Source: Hylemonella gracilis
GTDB lineage: Bacteria; Pseudomonadota; Gammaproteobacteria; Burkholderiales; Burkholderiaceae_C
Assembly: GCA_945862195.1 (NCBI GenBank)
Contig: CAMAXR010000001.1
Coordinates: forward strand, 6,337 to 70,336
DNA: 64,000 nt
Direction: 5' to 3'
The position numbers and the translations under genes are program-made. Below the pieces are notes generated by a model that was not told where the DNA came from, made no database searches, and saw only the letters and a list, made by a program, of their open reading frames with translations. Shown here in pieces: positions 41,489 to 52,810 of the stretch. Within the stretch, counting starts at the first letter, position 1, and every line of letters begins with the position of its first letter.

Positions 41489-42094
41489 ATCGTTACTGAA
41501 ATTCGAGACCGTCGTCAGCGCGAAGAACGCAAACATCGCTTAAATCGGGAGATACCCGCTACTGAAGTCCGCATCACCGGACCTGACAATGAACCCATGG
41601 GGGTGGTCAGCATTTTCGAGGCCTTACGCTTGGCCGGTGAAATGGATGTGGATTTGGTAGAAATTGCCCCTATGGCAACGCCTCCCGTCTGTCGTTTGAT
41701 GGACTATGGCAAGTTCAAGTACCAAGAGCAAAAAAAGGCAGCTGACGCCAAATCGAAACAAAAAGTTATCGAGGTTAAAGAGATTAAATTTCGTCCGGGC
41801 ACGGACGATGGCGACTACAACATCAAGTTGCGCAATATCAAGCGTTTTCTTGAAGAGGGTGACAAATGCAAAATCACCCTTCGTTTTAGGGGCCGAGAAA
41901 TTACGCACCAAGAAATTGGTTTGGCCTTGTTGCAGCGTATGCGAGACGACCTGGCCGATTTGATTGTGGTGGAGCAGTTTCCAAAGCTAGAGGGTCGTCA
42001 GATGATCATGATGATCGCTCCAGGTAAGAAAAAAGGCGGTGGGGGCACAGCTCCTAAGCCTGTGACTGAAATGGTGGATGCACCGGCGCCGTAA
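41489..42094 (+). CDS. infC: Translation initiation factor IF-3 with non-canonical ATC start
   Basis: GAAGGA, 8 nt, then ATC at 41489 in frame; extension reads [22 protein letters not shown], which includes the conserved N-domain start. Confidence 0.93.
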   Translation: MVTEIRDRRQREERKHRLNREIPATEVRITGPDNEPMGVVSIFEALRLAGEMDVDLVEIAPMATPPVCRLMDYGKFKYQEQKKAADAKSKQKVIEVKEIKFRPGTDDGDYNIKLRNIKRFLEEGDKCKITLRFRGREITHQEIGLALLQRMRDDLADLIVVEQFPKLEGRQMIMMIAPGKKKGGGGTAPKPVTEMVDAPAP

Positions 42095-42175
42095 AGGCGG
42101 TGCACCTAAAGGTTTGTGATAAACGGGGTTGGTTGCCCTGTTTAGAGCAAGACGAAAGGCTCAGCCTTTCAACAA

Positions 42176-42228
42176 GTGGCTCGGGGCCATCAAGACTGCA
42201 ACACATTGTTGCAGCGCCTCACGAGCAC
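42176..42228 (+). promoter_or_regulatory. Structured leader upstream of rpmI-rplT (candidate L20 autoregulatory RNA)
   Basis: Nested stems GCTCG/CGAGC, GGGC/GCCT and CTGCAACA-CAT-TGTTGCAG. Confidence 0.5.
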
Positions 42229-42246
42229 AAACAAAAAGGAGCAGTT

Positions 42247-42450
42247 ATGCCCAAAATGAAAACCAAAAGCAGCGCGAAAAAGCGTTTTCGTGTTCGTCCA
42301 GGTGGAACGGTCAAGCGTGGTCAAGCTTTTAAGCGCCACATCCTGACCAAAAAGACCACCAAAAACAAGCGCCAGTTGCGTGGGTCGGTGGCAGTTCATG
42401 AGACCAATATGGGTCACATGGCTCAAATGCTTCCCGGCATGGGCATTTAA
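42247..42450 (+). CDS. rpmI: 50S ribosomal protein L35
   Basis: [20 protein letters not shown]; RBS AAGGAG. Confidence 0.98.
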   Translation: MPKMKTKSSAKKRFRVRPGGTVKRGQAFKRHILTKKTTKNKRQLRGSVAVHETNMGHMAQMLPGMGI

Positions 42451-42476
42451 TTTAACGACGAACAAGGAGAACTTAT

Positions 42477-42839
42477 ATGCCTCGCGTCAAACGTGGTGTC
42501 ACGGCAAGAGCCCGTCACAAAAAAGTATTAGCACTCGCTAAAGGGTTCCGCGGCCGCCGCGGTAATGTCTTCCGCATTGCCAAAGAAGCAGTGATGAAGG
42601 CTGGGCAATACGCCTACCGCGACCGCCGTACTAAAAAGCGTGTGTTCCGCCAGCTTTGGATTGCGCGTATCAACGCCGCTGCGCGTCAATGCGGCATGAC
42701 CTACAGCCAATTTGCCAACGGCCTGAAGAAATCTCAAATTGAGGTTGATCGCAAAATGTTGGCCGACTTGGCCGTTCACGACATGGCTGCATTTGCAGGC
42801 ATCGTGGCGCAAGTCAAAGCCAAAATGGCTGCTCTCTAA
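42477..42839 (+). CDS. rplT: 50S ribosomal protein L20
   Basis: [24 protein letters not shown]. Confidence 0.98.
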   Translation: MPRVKRGVTARARHKKVLALAKGFRGRRGNVFRIAKEAVMKAGQYAYRDRRTKKRVFRQLWIARINAAARQCGMTYSQFANGLKKSQIEVDRKMLADLAVHDMAAFAGIVAQVKAKMAAL

Positions 42840-42856
42840 GTACGCCGCCTTTTATT

Positions 42857-42893
42857 AAGGGCTAAAGCTTTCATTGGAGCTTTAGCCCTTTTT
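42857..42893 (+). terminator. Intrinsic terminator between rplT and pheS
   Basis: AAGGGCTAAAGCT-TTCATTGG-AGCTTTAGCCCTT followed by TTT. Confidence 0.88.
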
Positions 42894-42912
42894 ACTCATA
42901 CTCGGTATCTAC

Positions 42913-43971
42913 ATGAATGAGTTGGATGAAGTTGTTCACAAAGCTTCCCTAGAGTTTGTTCAAGCCTCAACGCCTGCAGACCTTGAGAACGCCAAGGCCC
43001 GTTATTTGGGCAAGTCGGGAGTCATGACCGACCTCATGAAGGGGTTGGCTGCTCTTAGCCCCGAAGACAAAAAGTCCAGAGGCGCACAAATCAACAAAGC
43101 CAAGCAAGCCATTGAAGCGGCTTTAAATTACCGCCGACAGGCTTTGGCTGACCTTGAGCTGCAAATCCAACTTCAAGCCGAGGCGTTGGATGTCACGTTG
43201 CCCGGTCGGCAGCGCGGGGTTGGTGGCTTGCATCCCGTGTCTTTGACGCTCGAGCGCATTGAAGCTCTATTCGGTTCCATGGGTTTTGATGTGGCCGATG
43301 GCCCTGAAATTGAAACCGACTGGTTCAACTTTACAGCGCTCAACACTCCTGCAGACCACCCCGCTCGGTCTATGCACGACACCTTCTATGTGGAAGGGGG
43401 CTCTGCAGAGGCGCCTAATTTGCTTCGCACGCACACCAGCCCCATGCAAATTCGCCATGCGGTGCAACACGTCAAGCGCTACCGCGGTGATCAGCCCGAC
43501 TTGTTTAAGGGGCCAATGCCCGAGATTCGCGTCATCGCTCCAGGTCGCACCTACCGAGTGGACAGCGATGCCACCCACTCCCCCATGTTCCACCAGTGCG
43601 AGGGGCTGTGGATTGGTCAAGACGTGAGTTTTAAAGATCTCAAATACGTCTTCACTGACTTTTGCCGCACCTTTTTCGAAAGCGATGATCTGGTGCTGCG
43701 CTTTAGGCCCAGCTTTTTCCCATTTACGGAGCCGAGTGCAGAAATTGACATTCAGTTTCAGCACGGTCCTTTAGCCGGTAAATGGCTGGAAGTGGCCGGT
43801 TCTGGCCAAGTGCACCCTAATGTGATTCGCAACATGGGCTTGGACCCAGAAACCTTTGTCGGGTTTGCATTTGGTATGGGGCCAGACCGCCTGACCATGC
43901 TGCGTTATGGCGTCAACGATCTGCGTCTCTTTTTTGATGGCGATTTGCGCTTTTTGTCTCAATTTCAATAA
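42913..43971 (+). CDS. pheS: Phenylalanine-tRNA ligase alpha subunit
   Basis: [40 protein letters not shown]. Confidence 0.98.
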   Translation: MNELDEVVHKASLEFVQASTPADLENAKARYLGKSGVMTDLMKGLAALSPEDKKSRGAQINKAKQAIEAALNYRRQALADLELQIQLQAEALDVTLPGRQRGVGGLHPVSLTLERIEALFGSMGFDVADGPEIETDWFNFTALNTPADHPARSMHDTFYVEGGSAEAPNLLRTHTSPMQIRHAVQHVKRYRGDQPDLFKGPMPEIRVIAPGRTYRVDSDATHSPMFHQCEGLWIGQDVSFKDLKYVFTDFCRTFFESDDLVLRFRPSFFPFTEPSAEIDIQFQHGPLAGKWLEVAGSGQVHPNVIRNMGLDPETFVGFAFGMGPDRLTMLRYGVNDLRLFFDGDLRFLSQFQ

Positions 43972-43999
43972 GTTTCAGCACCGATAAGTCACCCTCACC

Positions 44000-46474
44000 A
44001 TGCAATTCCCAGAATCCTGGTTGCGCGAGTTTTGCAATCCCCAACTCACCACCTCACAACTCGCCGACACTTTGACCATGGCGGGGCTGGAGGTGGAAGA
44101 CCTGCAACCCGTGGCACCCCCATTCACCAAGGTGGTGGTGGGGAAAATTAAAGAAGTGCAGCAGCACCCCAATGCCGATCGCTTGCGGGTGTGCCAAGTG
44201 GATGTGGGGCAAGCGCAAAACCTTCAAATTGTGTGTGGTGCACCCAACGCCCGTGTGGGCATTAAGGTCCCCTGTGCTTTGGTGGGCGCAGAGCTGCCTG
44301 CGGGAGCTGACGGCAAGCCATTTCACATTAAGTTGGGACAACTGCGTGGCATAGAAAGCCAAGGCATGCTGTGTTCAGCTAAAGAGTTGCACTTGTCTGA
44401 CGCGCATGAGGGCTTGTTGGAGTTGTCTGAAGCAGCCACGGCAGGGCAAGATATTCGCACCCATCTCAACTTAGATGACACCTTACTCACCCTCAAGCTC
44501 ACACCCAATTTGGCGCATTGCCTCAGCGTCTATGGTGTGGCCCGTGAACTTTCTGCCTTAACGGGTGAGGCTTTATGCGCACCTAAAATTCCATCGGTTC
44601 CCGCTACATGTTCAGACCGCTTGTCAGTTGAAGTGAAAGCCCCCGATCTGTGCGGCCGATTCTCCGGTCGCGTTATCAAGGGCGTGAACCCTAAAGCCCC
44701 CACACCCGCTTGGATGGTGGACCGTTTGGCCCGCTGCGGACAACGATCGGTATCGGCCTTGGTGGACATCTCCAACTACGTCATGTTTGAGTTGGGGCGG
44801 CCCACCCATATTTTTGACTTGCACAAAATTCATGGCTCCTTGCAAGTGCGTTGGGCCCGAGCGGGCGAGCAACTCAAACTGTTGAACGGCAACACCGTGG
44901 CATTGGATGAGCAAGTCGGCATCATTGCCGATGACGCGCAAGTAGAGTCTTTGGCCGGGATCATGGGGGGAGACGCCACCGCAGTGTCGGATGACACGCA
45001 AGACATTTATGTGGAGGCCGCGTTCTGGTGGCCCAAGTCTGTGGCGGGTCGGTCTAGGCGTTACAACTTCTCCACCGATGCGGGGCACCGATTTGAGCGG
45101 GGCGTCGACCCGCAGCTCACCGTGGAGCACATTGAACGCATCACCCAACTCATTTTGGACATCTGCGGTTCTCCAGCAACCGTGTGCGGCCCTGTGGATG
45201 ACCAACAGATTCACATGCCTGAACCCACGCCTGTTTCCATGCGGGTGCAACGAGCCCAAAAAATATTGGGCATGCCGGTTTCTGTCGAGCAGTGTGCCTT
45301 GGCGTTCACGCGTTTGGGCTTTAGCTTTGTGCAGTCCAACACCGCCGCCGACAATGCCAACGACTTTGGCGCGGTAACTTTTTCCGTTACGCCGCCGAGC
45401 TGGCGTTTCGACCTTCAAATTGAAGAAGACCTGATTGAAGAAATTGCCCGCATGGTCGGGTACGACCACTTTCCCCACACGCCGCCCCAAGGGCCTATCA
45501 CCGCCAAAATTCGTCCAGAGCATCAGCGCAGTGCATTTGCAGTGCGCCGTTTGATGGCGGGCATGGGCTACCAAGAAACGATCAATTTCAGTTTTGTGGA
45601 AGAGCGTTGGGAGCACGAATTGGCTGGCAACCCACAGCCTGTTCGCTTGCTCAATCCCATTGCCAGCCAAATGGACGTGATGCGTTCATCTTTGTTGGCA
45701 TCTTTGGTGCAGGTCCTCAAGTACAACCAAGACCGAAAAATGTCCAGGGTGCGCGTGTTTGAACTGGGACGCGTGTTTGCTAAAAACCCACAAGTGCAAG
45801 ATACAGACACCACCGTGGCAGGATTCGATCAGCCTATGCACTTAGCAGGTTTGGTCAGCGGCCCTATGGCGCCAACGCAGTGGTCTCTCAAAGACCAAGC
45901 GGCCGACTTTTTTGATGTCAAGGCTGATGTCGAGGCCTTGCTCGCACCTCTTCAAGCCCGCTTTGAATCTGCCCAACATCCGGCTATGCACCCAGGGCGT
46001 TGCGCTCGCATTGTTTTAGAGGGGCAGGTCGTGGGCCACGTGGGCGAGTTGCACCCCAAATGGCGTCAGACTTATGGGCTTAACGCCACGGCGGTGATGT
46101 TTGAAGTTCAACTCAACGCGGTGTTGCAGCGCCAGGTGCCCCAGTTTGCAGAAATTTCTAAGCATCAGCCGGTAGAGCGTGACTTGGCTGTGGTGGTGAA
46201 AGACGCCGTGACGCATGCGGAGCTGATGGCCGCCATTGCTTCCACGCCGCATCAGCAGGTCTTAAAAGAAACCTTGCTGTTTGATATTTACAAACCCGCT
46301 CCAAGCGCTCAGCCTCAAGCTACGGTAGGCCTGCAAGCAGGTGAAAAGAGCATGGCCATTCGGCTCAAGTTGCAGGCACAAGACCAAACCTTGACGGAAG
46401 ACCAAATTGAAGGTGTGGTGCGCGCTGTCATACAACAGCTTGAGACCCAAACCGGAGCCCGCTTGCGGGGCTAA
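44000..46474 (+). CDS. pheT: Phenylalanine-tRNA ligase beta subunit
   Basis: HPNADRL, IVCGAPN, SQGMLCS, RFERGVD, EEDLIEEIAR. Confidence 0.98.
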   Translation: MQFPESWLREFCNPQLTTSQLADTLTMAGLEVEDLQPVAPPFTKVVVGKIKEVQQHPNADRLRVCQVDVGQAQNLQIVCGAPNARVGIKVPCALVGAELPAGADGKPFHIKLGQLRGIESQGMLCSAKELHLSDAHEGLLELSEAATAGQDIRTHLNLDDTLLTLKLTPNLAHCLSVYGVARELSALTGEALCAPKIPSVPATCSDRLSVEVKAPDLCGRFSGRVIKGVNPKAPTPAWMVDRLARCGQRSVSALVDISNYVMFELGRPTHIFDLHKIHGSLQVRWARAGEQLKLLNGNTVALDEQVGIIADDAQVESLAGIMGGDATAVSDDTQDIYVEAAFWWPKSVAGRSRRYNFSTDAGHRFERGVDPQLTVEHIERITQLILDICGSPATVCGPVDDQQIHMPEPTPVSMRVQRAQKILGMPVSVEQCALAFTRLGFSFVQSNTAADNANDFGAVTFSVTPPSWRFDLQIEEDLIEEIARMVGYDHFPHTPPQGPITAKIRPEHQRSAFAVRRLMAGMGYQETINFSFVEERWEHELAGNPQPVRLLNPIASQMDVMRSSLLASLVQVLKYNQDRKMSRVRVFELGRVFAKNPQVQDTDTTVAGFDQPMHLAGLVSGPMAPTQWSLKDQAADFFDVKADVEALLAPLQARFESAQHPAMHPGRCARIVLEGQVVGHVGELHPKWRQTYGLNATAVMFEVQLNAVLQRQVPQFAEISKHQPVERDLAVVVKDAVTHAELMAAIASTPHQQVLKETLLFDIYKPAPSAQPQATVGLQAGEKSMAIRLKLQAQDQTLTEDQIEGVVRAVIQQLETQTGARLRG

Positions 46475-46806
46475 TGCATATGGATTTCACCGTTGAAAGT
46501 CTTGAAACCCCCGCGCTCACCAAAGCGCAATTGTCTGAGCTCTTGTTTGAGCAGATTGGTTTGAACAAGCGCGAATCCAAAGACATGATCGACGCTTTTT
46601 TTGACCTCATTTCCAGCAGTCTGGTGGAGGGGCAAGACGTCAAGATCACCGGATTTGGCAATTTTCAAATCCGTACCAAGGCCCCACGCCCAGGCCGCAA
46701 CCCCAGAACCGGCGAGGCCATTCCTATTCAGGCGCGGCGCGTGGTGACCTTTCATGCCAGTCACAAACTTAAAGAGCACATTCAAACGCAGGCGGCTTCG
46801 GCTTAG
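46474..46806 (+). CDS. ihfA: Integration host factor alpha
   Basis: LTKAQL, GFGNF, RPGRNPRTGE, RRVVTF. Confidence 0.97.
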   Translation: MHMDFTVESLETPALTKAQLSELLFEQIGLNKRESKDMIDAFFDLISSSLVEGQDVKITGFGNFQIRTKAPRPGRNPRTGEAIPIQARRVVTFHASHKLKEHIQTQAASA

Positions 46807-46903
46807 CCTTAACCTGCATCACTGTGCCCGGCCTCCGAAGGCTTTGCGTGCTGCCCTAACTTAGAGTAATCTTGCAATACCCTCGTGTATTGCCTTGTTT
46901 TCA

Positions 46904-47377
46904 ATGGAAAAACTGCTTCCGTCTATTCCTGCCAAACGCTATTTCACCATTGGTGAAGTGGGCGATTTGTGTGGCGTCAAGCCGCACGTGCTCAGGTATT
47001 GGGAGCAAGAGTTCAACCAACTGCGCCCCATGAAGCGCAGGGGCAACAGGCGTTACTACCAGCACCATGAAGTCTTGATGATTCGCCGCATTCGCGACCT
47101 TTTGTACGACCAAGGATTCACCATCAGCGGCGCACGCAACAAAATTCAAGAGTTGATTCAAGCTGAGCGAGAGCTCAAAAAATCGGGTCTGGACGTGTTG
47201 GATGGTTTGGATGCCCCAATCGATTTGGAGCTGGACGCCTCACCTTTTGAGTTTTCAGACCTTGATGCGGAGGGCCTTAACGGCACCAACTCAGACCAAA
47301 CCCCCATGCAGCTGATTCGCCGCGAGCTGCAAGAAATCAGCTACCTTCTGGGCAGCGAAGACCGTTCTAAGGGCTGA
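46904..47377 (+). CDS. MerR-family regulator
   Basis: IPAKRYFTIGEV..HVLRYWEQEF..GNRRYY; conserved position after ihfA. Confidence 0.92.
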   Translation: MEKLLPSIPAKRYFTIGEVGDLCGVKPHVLRYWEQEFNQLRPMKRRGNRRYYQHHEVLMIRRIRDLLYDQGFTISGARNKIQELIQAERELKKSGLDVLDGLDAPIDLELDASPFEFSDLDAEGLNGTNSDQTPMQLIRRELQEISYLLGSEDRSKG

Positions 47378-47425
47378 GTGTTTTGAAAATGAGTCCGTTG
47401 GCTCTCGCTATAATATTCAATTAAT

Positions 47426-47502
47426 CGGCGTGTAGCGCAGCCTGGTAGCGCACTTGCATGGGGTGCAAGGGGTCGCGAGTTCGAATCCCGCCACGCCGAC
47501 CA
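47426..47502 (+). tRNA. tRNA-Pro(GGG)
   Basis: 77-nt cloverleaf CGGCGTG/CACGCCG, anticodon arm CTTGC-AT-GGG-GT-GCAAG, GTTCGAATC, encoded CCA. Confidence 0.97.
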
Positions 47503-47518
47503 TATTTGAGCAATGACT

Positions 47519-47547
47519 CGGGTTACATTTTAAAAAAATGTAACCCG
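47519..47547. repeat. 13-bp perfect inverted repeat after tRNA-Pro
   Basis: CGGGTTACATTTT-AAA-AAAATGTAACCCG. Confidence 0.8.
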
Positions 47548-47568
47548 TTCTTATTGAAGGATCCCCTC

Positions 47569-47879
47569 ATGGATATGTCCAAACTCAGCATCCGATTCAA
47601 GCTTGGCTTAGGTTTTGGAGTGCTGTTGGCCTTGCTGGTACTCAGGAAAAGCGCATAGCGGAGGCTCGGGCCAAGCTGGCTGAGGTCGAAGCTAAAGCAG
47701 AGCAAGTGTTCACCTTACCTGAAGAAGTGACCCTGTGGAAGGAATACAAGCTCAACCGCGATGCTTGGTTCGAGCAAAACGGCGCGTTGCGTTCTTCATC
47801 TAGGCAGGCTGAAACAGGTGTGGCTGATGCGCAAAAGCTATACATCGGCGCGAGCTCCAAGACTTGGTGCAACTGGTGA
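47569..47879 (+). pseudogene. Chemoreceptor (MCP) remnant with frameshifting deletion and 3' truncation
   Basis: RBS plus MDMSKLSIRFKLGLGFGVLLALLVL, then in another frame EKRIAEARAKLAE..LPEEVTLWKEYK..AQKLY (four-helix sensor-like) and a stop. Confidence 0.7.
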
Positions 47880-48082
47880 GCTTTTTTAAAATTCACGAAG
47901 CCTTACCCACCACCAATCGGCAGATGCTTGCTCTGTCCTAAAGTCTAGTTAATCCCATTTGATTAATTTAAAGAAATACGGGTTACCCCTGATAAATCTG
48001 CTCATAAAAATAGCTTTGCGTGTCTAAAATGAAGTTCGCTCTGCAAATGTATGCAGTTGCGCATTTTCAATCGGAGTGAACT

Positions 48083-51000
48083 ATGGACATGCACCGGAGA
48101 GATTTCTTCCGGGTCAGTGGTGCCGGACTGGTCGGATCCAGTCTTGTGGTTTTGGGTTTTTCGCCCACAGTTGCACTCGCCGAGACTCGGAGTTTTAAAT
48201 TGTCCCGCACTACAGAAACTAGGAACACCTGTCCCTATTGTTCAGTAGGTTGCGGCATCATCATGTACAGCTTGGGCGACAAGTCCAAAAACGTGGTGTC
48301 AGACATCGTCCACATTGAAGGCGACTCAGACCACCCCGTGAACCGCGGCACTTTGTGTCCCAAAGGCGCAGGCCTGCTGGACTTTGTGCACAGCGAAAAC
48401 CGCCTCAAATACCCCGAAATCCGCGAGCCAGGCTCTAAAGAGTGGAAGCGCGTCAGCTGGGACGAAGCCATGACCCGTTTGACCAAAATGATCAAAGCGG
48501 ATCGTGACGCCAACTTTGTGGCTAAAACAGACGACGGCAAAGTGGTCAACCGTTGGACCACCACCGGTATGCTTTGTGCGTCCGCCTCCTCTAATGAGTC
48601 GGGCTACATCACGCACAAAGCCATGCGTTCTATGGGGATGTTGGTCTTCGATAACCAAGCGCGTGTTTGACACGCCCCGACGGTAGCCAGTCTGGCTCCG
48701 ACGTTTGGGCGAGGTGCAATGACCAATCATTGGACCGATATCAAAAATGCAGATTTAGTTTTGATCATGGGCGGCAACGCCGCTGAAGCCCACCCTTGCG
48801 GCTTCAAGTGGGTGGTTGAAGCCAAGCATCACAACAAAGCCAAGCTGTTGGTGGTGGATCCGCGGTTCACGCGCTCCGCAGCCATGGCGGACTACTATGC
48901 ACCGATTCGCGCTGGGTCTGACATTGCGTTCTTGGCCGGTGTGATCAACTATTTGTTGCTCAACGACAAAATTCAGCACGAATACGTCAAGCACTACACC
49001 AACGCCTCCTTCATTGTGGGAGAGGGCTACTCGTTTAAAGACGGTATTTTCTCGGGCTACAACGAAGAAAAGCGCAACTACAGCAATGCAAGTTGGGCTT
49101 ACGAGCTTGACAGCCAAGGCTTTGCTAAGGTGGACGACACCATGCAGCATCCCCGCTGTGTGATGCAAATTATGAAAACCCATTTTGGCCGTTACACGCC
49201 CGAGTTAGTCAGCCGCATCACCGGCACGCCTAAAGACAAGTTCTTGAAGGTGTGTGAGCACATTGCCACCACTGCGGCTCCTAACAAGGCCATGACCGTG
49301 ATGTATGCCTTGGGTTGGACCCAACACAGCCAGGGTACAGAAATGATCCGCTCGGCGGCCATCATGCAGTTGCTCCTGGGTAATATTGGAGTTTCTGGCG
49401 GCGGCATGAATGCGCTGCGTGGCCACAGCAACATTCAAGGCTTGACCGACTTGGGTCTGCTTTCACAAAGCTTGCCAGGCTACCTGAGCTTGCCGCGCGA
49501 AACTGAGCAAGACCTCGAGACTTACTACAAGCCGCGTGCGCTCAAGCCATTGCGTCCCAACCAAATGAGCTTTTGGCAGAACTATCCCAAGTTCTTTGTG
49601 AGTTTGCAAAAAGCTTGGTGGGGCAATGCTGCCACTAAAGAAAACGACTGGGCATTTAACTACTTGCCCAAGTGGGACAAGGGCTACGACATTTTGTTGG
49701 CTTTTGAGTTGATGAACCAAGGCAAGCTCAATGGCTACATCTGCCAAGGCTTCAATCCTTTGGGTTCCTTCCCTAACAAAAATAAAATCCTTGCCGGTTT
49801 GTCCAAGCTCAAGTACTTGGTCATCATTGATCCGCTGGTTACCGAAACTTCTGAGTTTTGGAAAAACTACGGCGAATTCAACGATGTCAAGAGTGAAGAC
49901 ATCCAAACCACCGTGTTCCGCTTCCCCAGCACTTGCTTTGCTGAAGAAAACGGGTCTCTCACCAACTCCAGCCGCTGGTTGCAGTGGCATTGGCAAGGTG
50001 CTAAGCCTCCGGGTGAGGCTAAGGCCGATCCTGAAATCATTGCCGAGATTTTCACTCGCATCAAAGCGGCATATGTCAAAGATGGCGGTGCGTTCCCAGA
50101 CCCGATCGTCAACCTGACTTGGAACTACAGATTGCCCCATAGCCCATCACCCGATGAATTGGCTATGGAGTACAACGGCAAAGCCTTATCGGACGTGTTT
50201 GCGCCTACAGACCCCAAAGAGCCCAATGCACCTCCTAAATTGCTGGTCAAGGCAGGTGATCAAGTGCCTGGTTTTGGCATGCTGCGCGATGACGGCTCCA
50301 CGGCTTGTGGTTGCTGGATTTACTCGGGCGCTTGGACGCAAGCAGGTAACAACATGGCCCGCCGTGACAACAGCGATCCATGGCAAATGGGTCAAACCCT
50401 GAACTGGGCTTGGTCCTGGCCTGCCAATCGCCGCATTTTGTACAACGCAGCGTCCAGCCAGCCAAACGGTAAGCCATGGGATGCCAAGCGCAAACTGGTT
50501 CAGTGGAACGGCAAAGCATGGGGTGGGGCCGACGTGCCTGACATTCGTGCTGATGCAAATCCGGAGGACGCAAACCGCGTGCAGCCGTTCATCATGACGG
50601 CTGAAGGCGTGGCGCGTTTATTCACCCCAACTGGTTTGGCTGAAGGCCCTCTGCCCGAGCACTACGAGCCGTTTGAGTCACCGCTCAAGAACAACCCCAT
50701 GCACCCCAACAACCCACTTGCTCGGGCCAACCCTGCAGCTCGCGTGTTCAAGGGCGACATGGAGGCATTTGGTAAGCCGTCTGAGTTCCCTTATGTGGCC
50801 ACCAGCTACCGCTTGACGGAGCACTTCCACTACTGGACCAAAAACGTACAGACTTCTGCCATCATCCAGCCTCAACAGTTTGTGGAGATTGGTGAAGAAC
50901 TGGCCAAGGCCAAGGGCATCAAAAATGGTGAGCAGGTCAAGGTGTCTTCTAACCGTGGCTTTATCAAAGCCGTGGCCGTGGTCACCAAGCGCATTCCTCA

Positions 51001-51172
51001 GCTCGACGTGGATGGACAGAAGGTCGACACTGTCGGTCTTCCCAACCACTGGGGCTTTGTGGGCGTTGCCAAGCCAGGTTATTTAGTCAATAACTTGACT
51101 CCGTTTGTGGGAGATGCCAACACACAAACACCCGAGTACAAGAGTTTTACCGTCAACATTGAGAAGGCATAA
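48083..51172 (+). CDS. fdnG: Formate dehydrogenase-N alpha subunit, selenoprotein (Sec codon TGA 48668-48670; 1029 aa)
   Basis: Tat signal RRDFF, CPYCSVGC Fe-S motif, DNQARV-U-HAPTVASLAPTFGRGAMTNHW joins the two ORF-track pieces in one frame. Confidence 0.97.
48671..48711 (+). promoter_or_regulatory. Bacterial SECIS element
   Basis: Directly after TGA: CGG-(T bulge)-AGCC-AGTCT-GGCT-CCG upper stem with GT in the loop; lower GCCC/GGGC pairing. Confidence 0.9.
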
Positions 51173-51181
51173 GGAGCCAAT

Positions 51182-52099
51182 ATGTCATCTCTACAATCAC
51201 TCGACATCGCGTTGCGCTCTGCAACCACTACGCCCAGCACATCCATTCGCTCGCAGCCCGAGGTTGCCAAGCTGATTGATGTATCCAGCTGTATCGGCTG
51301 TAAGGCTTGCCAAGTGGCCTGTATGCAATGGAACGACCTCCGCGACGAGGTGGGTACCGTTGCTGCTGGTACTTACGACAACCCTAACGATTTGACGCCC
51401 TCTTCTTGGACGGTGATGCGTTTTTCGGAGGTGGAGGTCAAGCGCGACTCCACCGCTGCAACGCAAGAAACCAACTTAGAGTGGCTCATTCGCAAAGACG
51501 GTTGCATGCACTGCGACGATCCTGGCTGCCTGAAGGCGTGTCCCGCTCCTGGCGCGATTGTCAAATACTCCAACGGTATCGTCGACTTCATCAGCGAAAA
51601 CTGTGTGGGTTGCGGCAACTGCGTGACCGGCTGTCCTTTTGATGTGCCTCGCATCAGCCAAATGGACAACAAGGCTTACAAGTGTTCTTTATGTTCCGAC
51701 CGTGTGGGCGTGGGTCTAGAGCCCGCCTGTGTAAAAGCTTGCCCAACTGGTGCCATTCACTTTGGCACCAAAGAAGACATGCTGGAATACGGCGCAGAAC
51801 GCATCACTGATCTGAAAGAGCGCGGCTTTGCGCAAGCATCCGTTTACAACCCTGCGGGCGTTGGTGGCACACACGTCATGTACGTGTTGCAGCATGGCGA
51901 CAAGCCCGGGTTGTATGCCGACTTGCCTTCCAACCCCAAAGTCAGTCCCATGGTGTCTTTGTGGAAAGGCGCTGCCAAGCCACTCGCCGTATTGGCAATG
52001 GTCGGTGCGGTGGTCGCAGGCTTCTTCCATTACATGAAGGTCGGTCCGATCGAAGAAAAAGCCGAAAAGTCCGATGACAACGAAGCTGCTAAAGCTTGA
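51182..52099 (+). CDS. fdnH: Formate dehydrogenase iron-sulfur subunit
   Basis: Four Fe-S motifs (CIGCKAC, CMHC, CVGCGNC, CSLC) and C-terminal TM anchor. Confidence 0.96.
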   Translation: MSSLQSLDIALRSATTTPSTSIRSQPEVAKLIDVSSCIGCKACQVACMQWNDLRDEVGTVAAGTYDNPNDLTPSSWTVMRFSEVEVKRDSTAATQETNLEWLIRKDGCMHCDDPGCLKACPAPGAIVKYSNGIVDFISENCVGCGNCVTGCPFDVPRISQMDNKAYKCSLCSDRVGVGLEPACVKACPTGAIHFGTKEDMLEYGAERITDLKERGFAQASVYNPAGVGGTHVMYVLQHGDKPGLYADLPSNPKVSPMVSLWKGAAKPLAVLAMVGAVVAGFFHYMKVGPIEEKAEKSDDNEAAKA

Positions 52100-52121
52100 T
52101 ACAGCGTAAAGGAAACATGAA

Positions 52122-52751
52122 ATGAAATCCACTTCCTCAGACCTGAAGCGCTACGAAGACACCACCCGAATGAACCATTGGGCGATTGCCTTGTTGTTCT
52201 TTTTGGCGGCCTTGTCGGGCTTGGCTTTTTTTCATCCATCGTTCTATTTCTTGACCAACTTGTTTGGCGGCGGGCCTTGGACACGCATATTGCATCCCTA
52301 CTTGGGCTTGTTGATGGCGCTGTTGTTCATTGGCATCTACGTCAAGCTGTGGCGTGACAACATCTTGGTGCCTGTAGACCAAGAGTGGCTCAGCAAAACG
52401 GGCGAAATGTTCAAGGGCAACAAAGACGGTATGCCACCTGTAGGCAAGTACAACGCTGGCCAAAAGCTGGTGTTTTGGTCCATGACCATCAGCTTGGTGG
52501 TTTTGGTGCTCACCGGCATTTTGTTCTGGCACGCTTGGTTCCCAGATTTTCCTGTGGTGCTCAGGCGTATTGGAGTGCTTTTGCACGCCTTTGCCGCAGT
52601 TGTTTTAGTATTGACGGTGATTGTGCACATTTATGCCGCCATCTGGGTCAAGGGCACCACGCGCGCCATGACCAAGGGCACCGTCAGCCGTGGATGGGCG
52701 CAAGCCAACCATCCTCTGTGGCACAAAGAGATGACCCGCAACGACCGTTAA
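52122..52751 (+). CDS. fdnI: Formate dehydrogenase cytochrome b556 subunit
   Basis: RMNHW, RILHP, GKYNAGQK, LLH..VHIYAA. Confidence 0.96.
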   Translation: MKSTSSDLKRYEDTTRMNHWAIALLFFLAALSGLAFFHPSFYFLTNLFGGGPWTRILHPYLGLLMALLFIGIYVKLWRDNILVPVDQEWLSKTGEMFKGNKDGMPPVGKYNAGQKLVFWSMTISLVVLVLTGILFWHAWFPDFPVVLRRIGVLLHAFAAVVLVLTVIVHIYAAIWVKGTTRAMTKGTVSRGWAQANHPLWHKEMTRNDR

Positions 52752-52770
52752 TTTCTAGTGCTTTTCATTC

Positions 52771-52799
52771 AATGCGGCACTTAGTGGCCGCATTTTTTT
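52771..52799 (+). terminator. Intrinsic terminator after fdnI
   Basis: AATGCGGC-ACTTAGTG-GCCGCA followed by T7. Confidence 0.75.
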
Positions 52800-52810
52800 A
52801 TTGAGATCTC

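Noticed and set aside
42840-42912. pheM-type Phe attenuator before pheS
   Set aside because: A terminator is present but there is no Phe-rich leader ORF.
48083-48718. fdnG as two genes or a nonsense pseudogene
   Set aside because: The TGA sits at the catalytic Sec position, the frame is continuous, and SECIS, selA, selB and selC are present.
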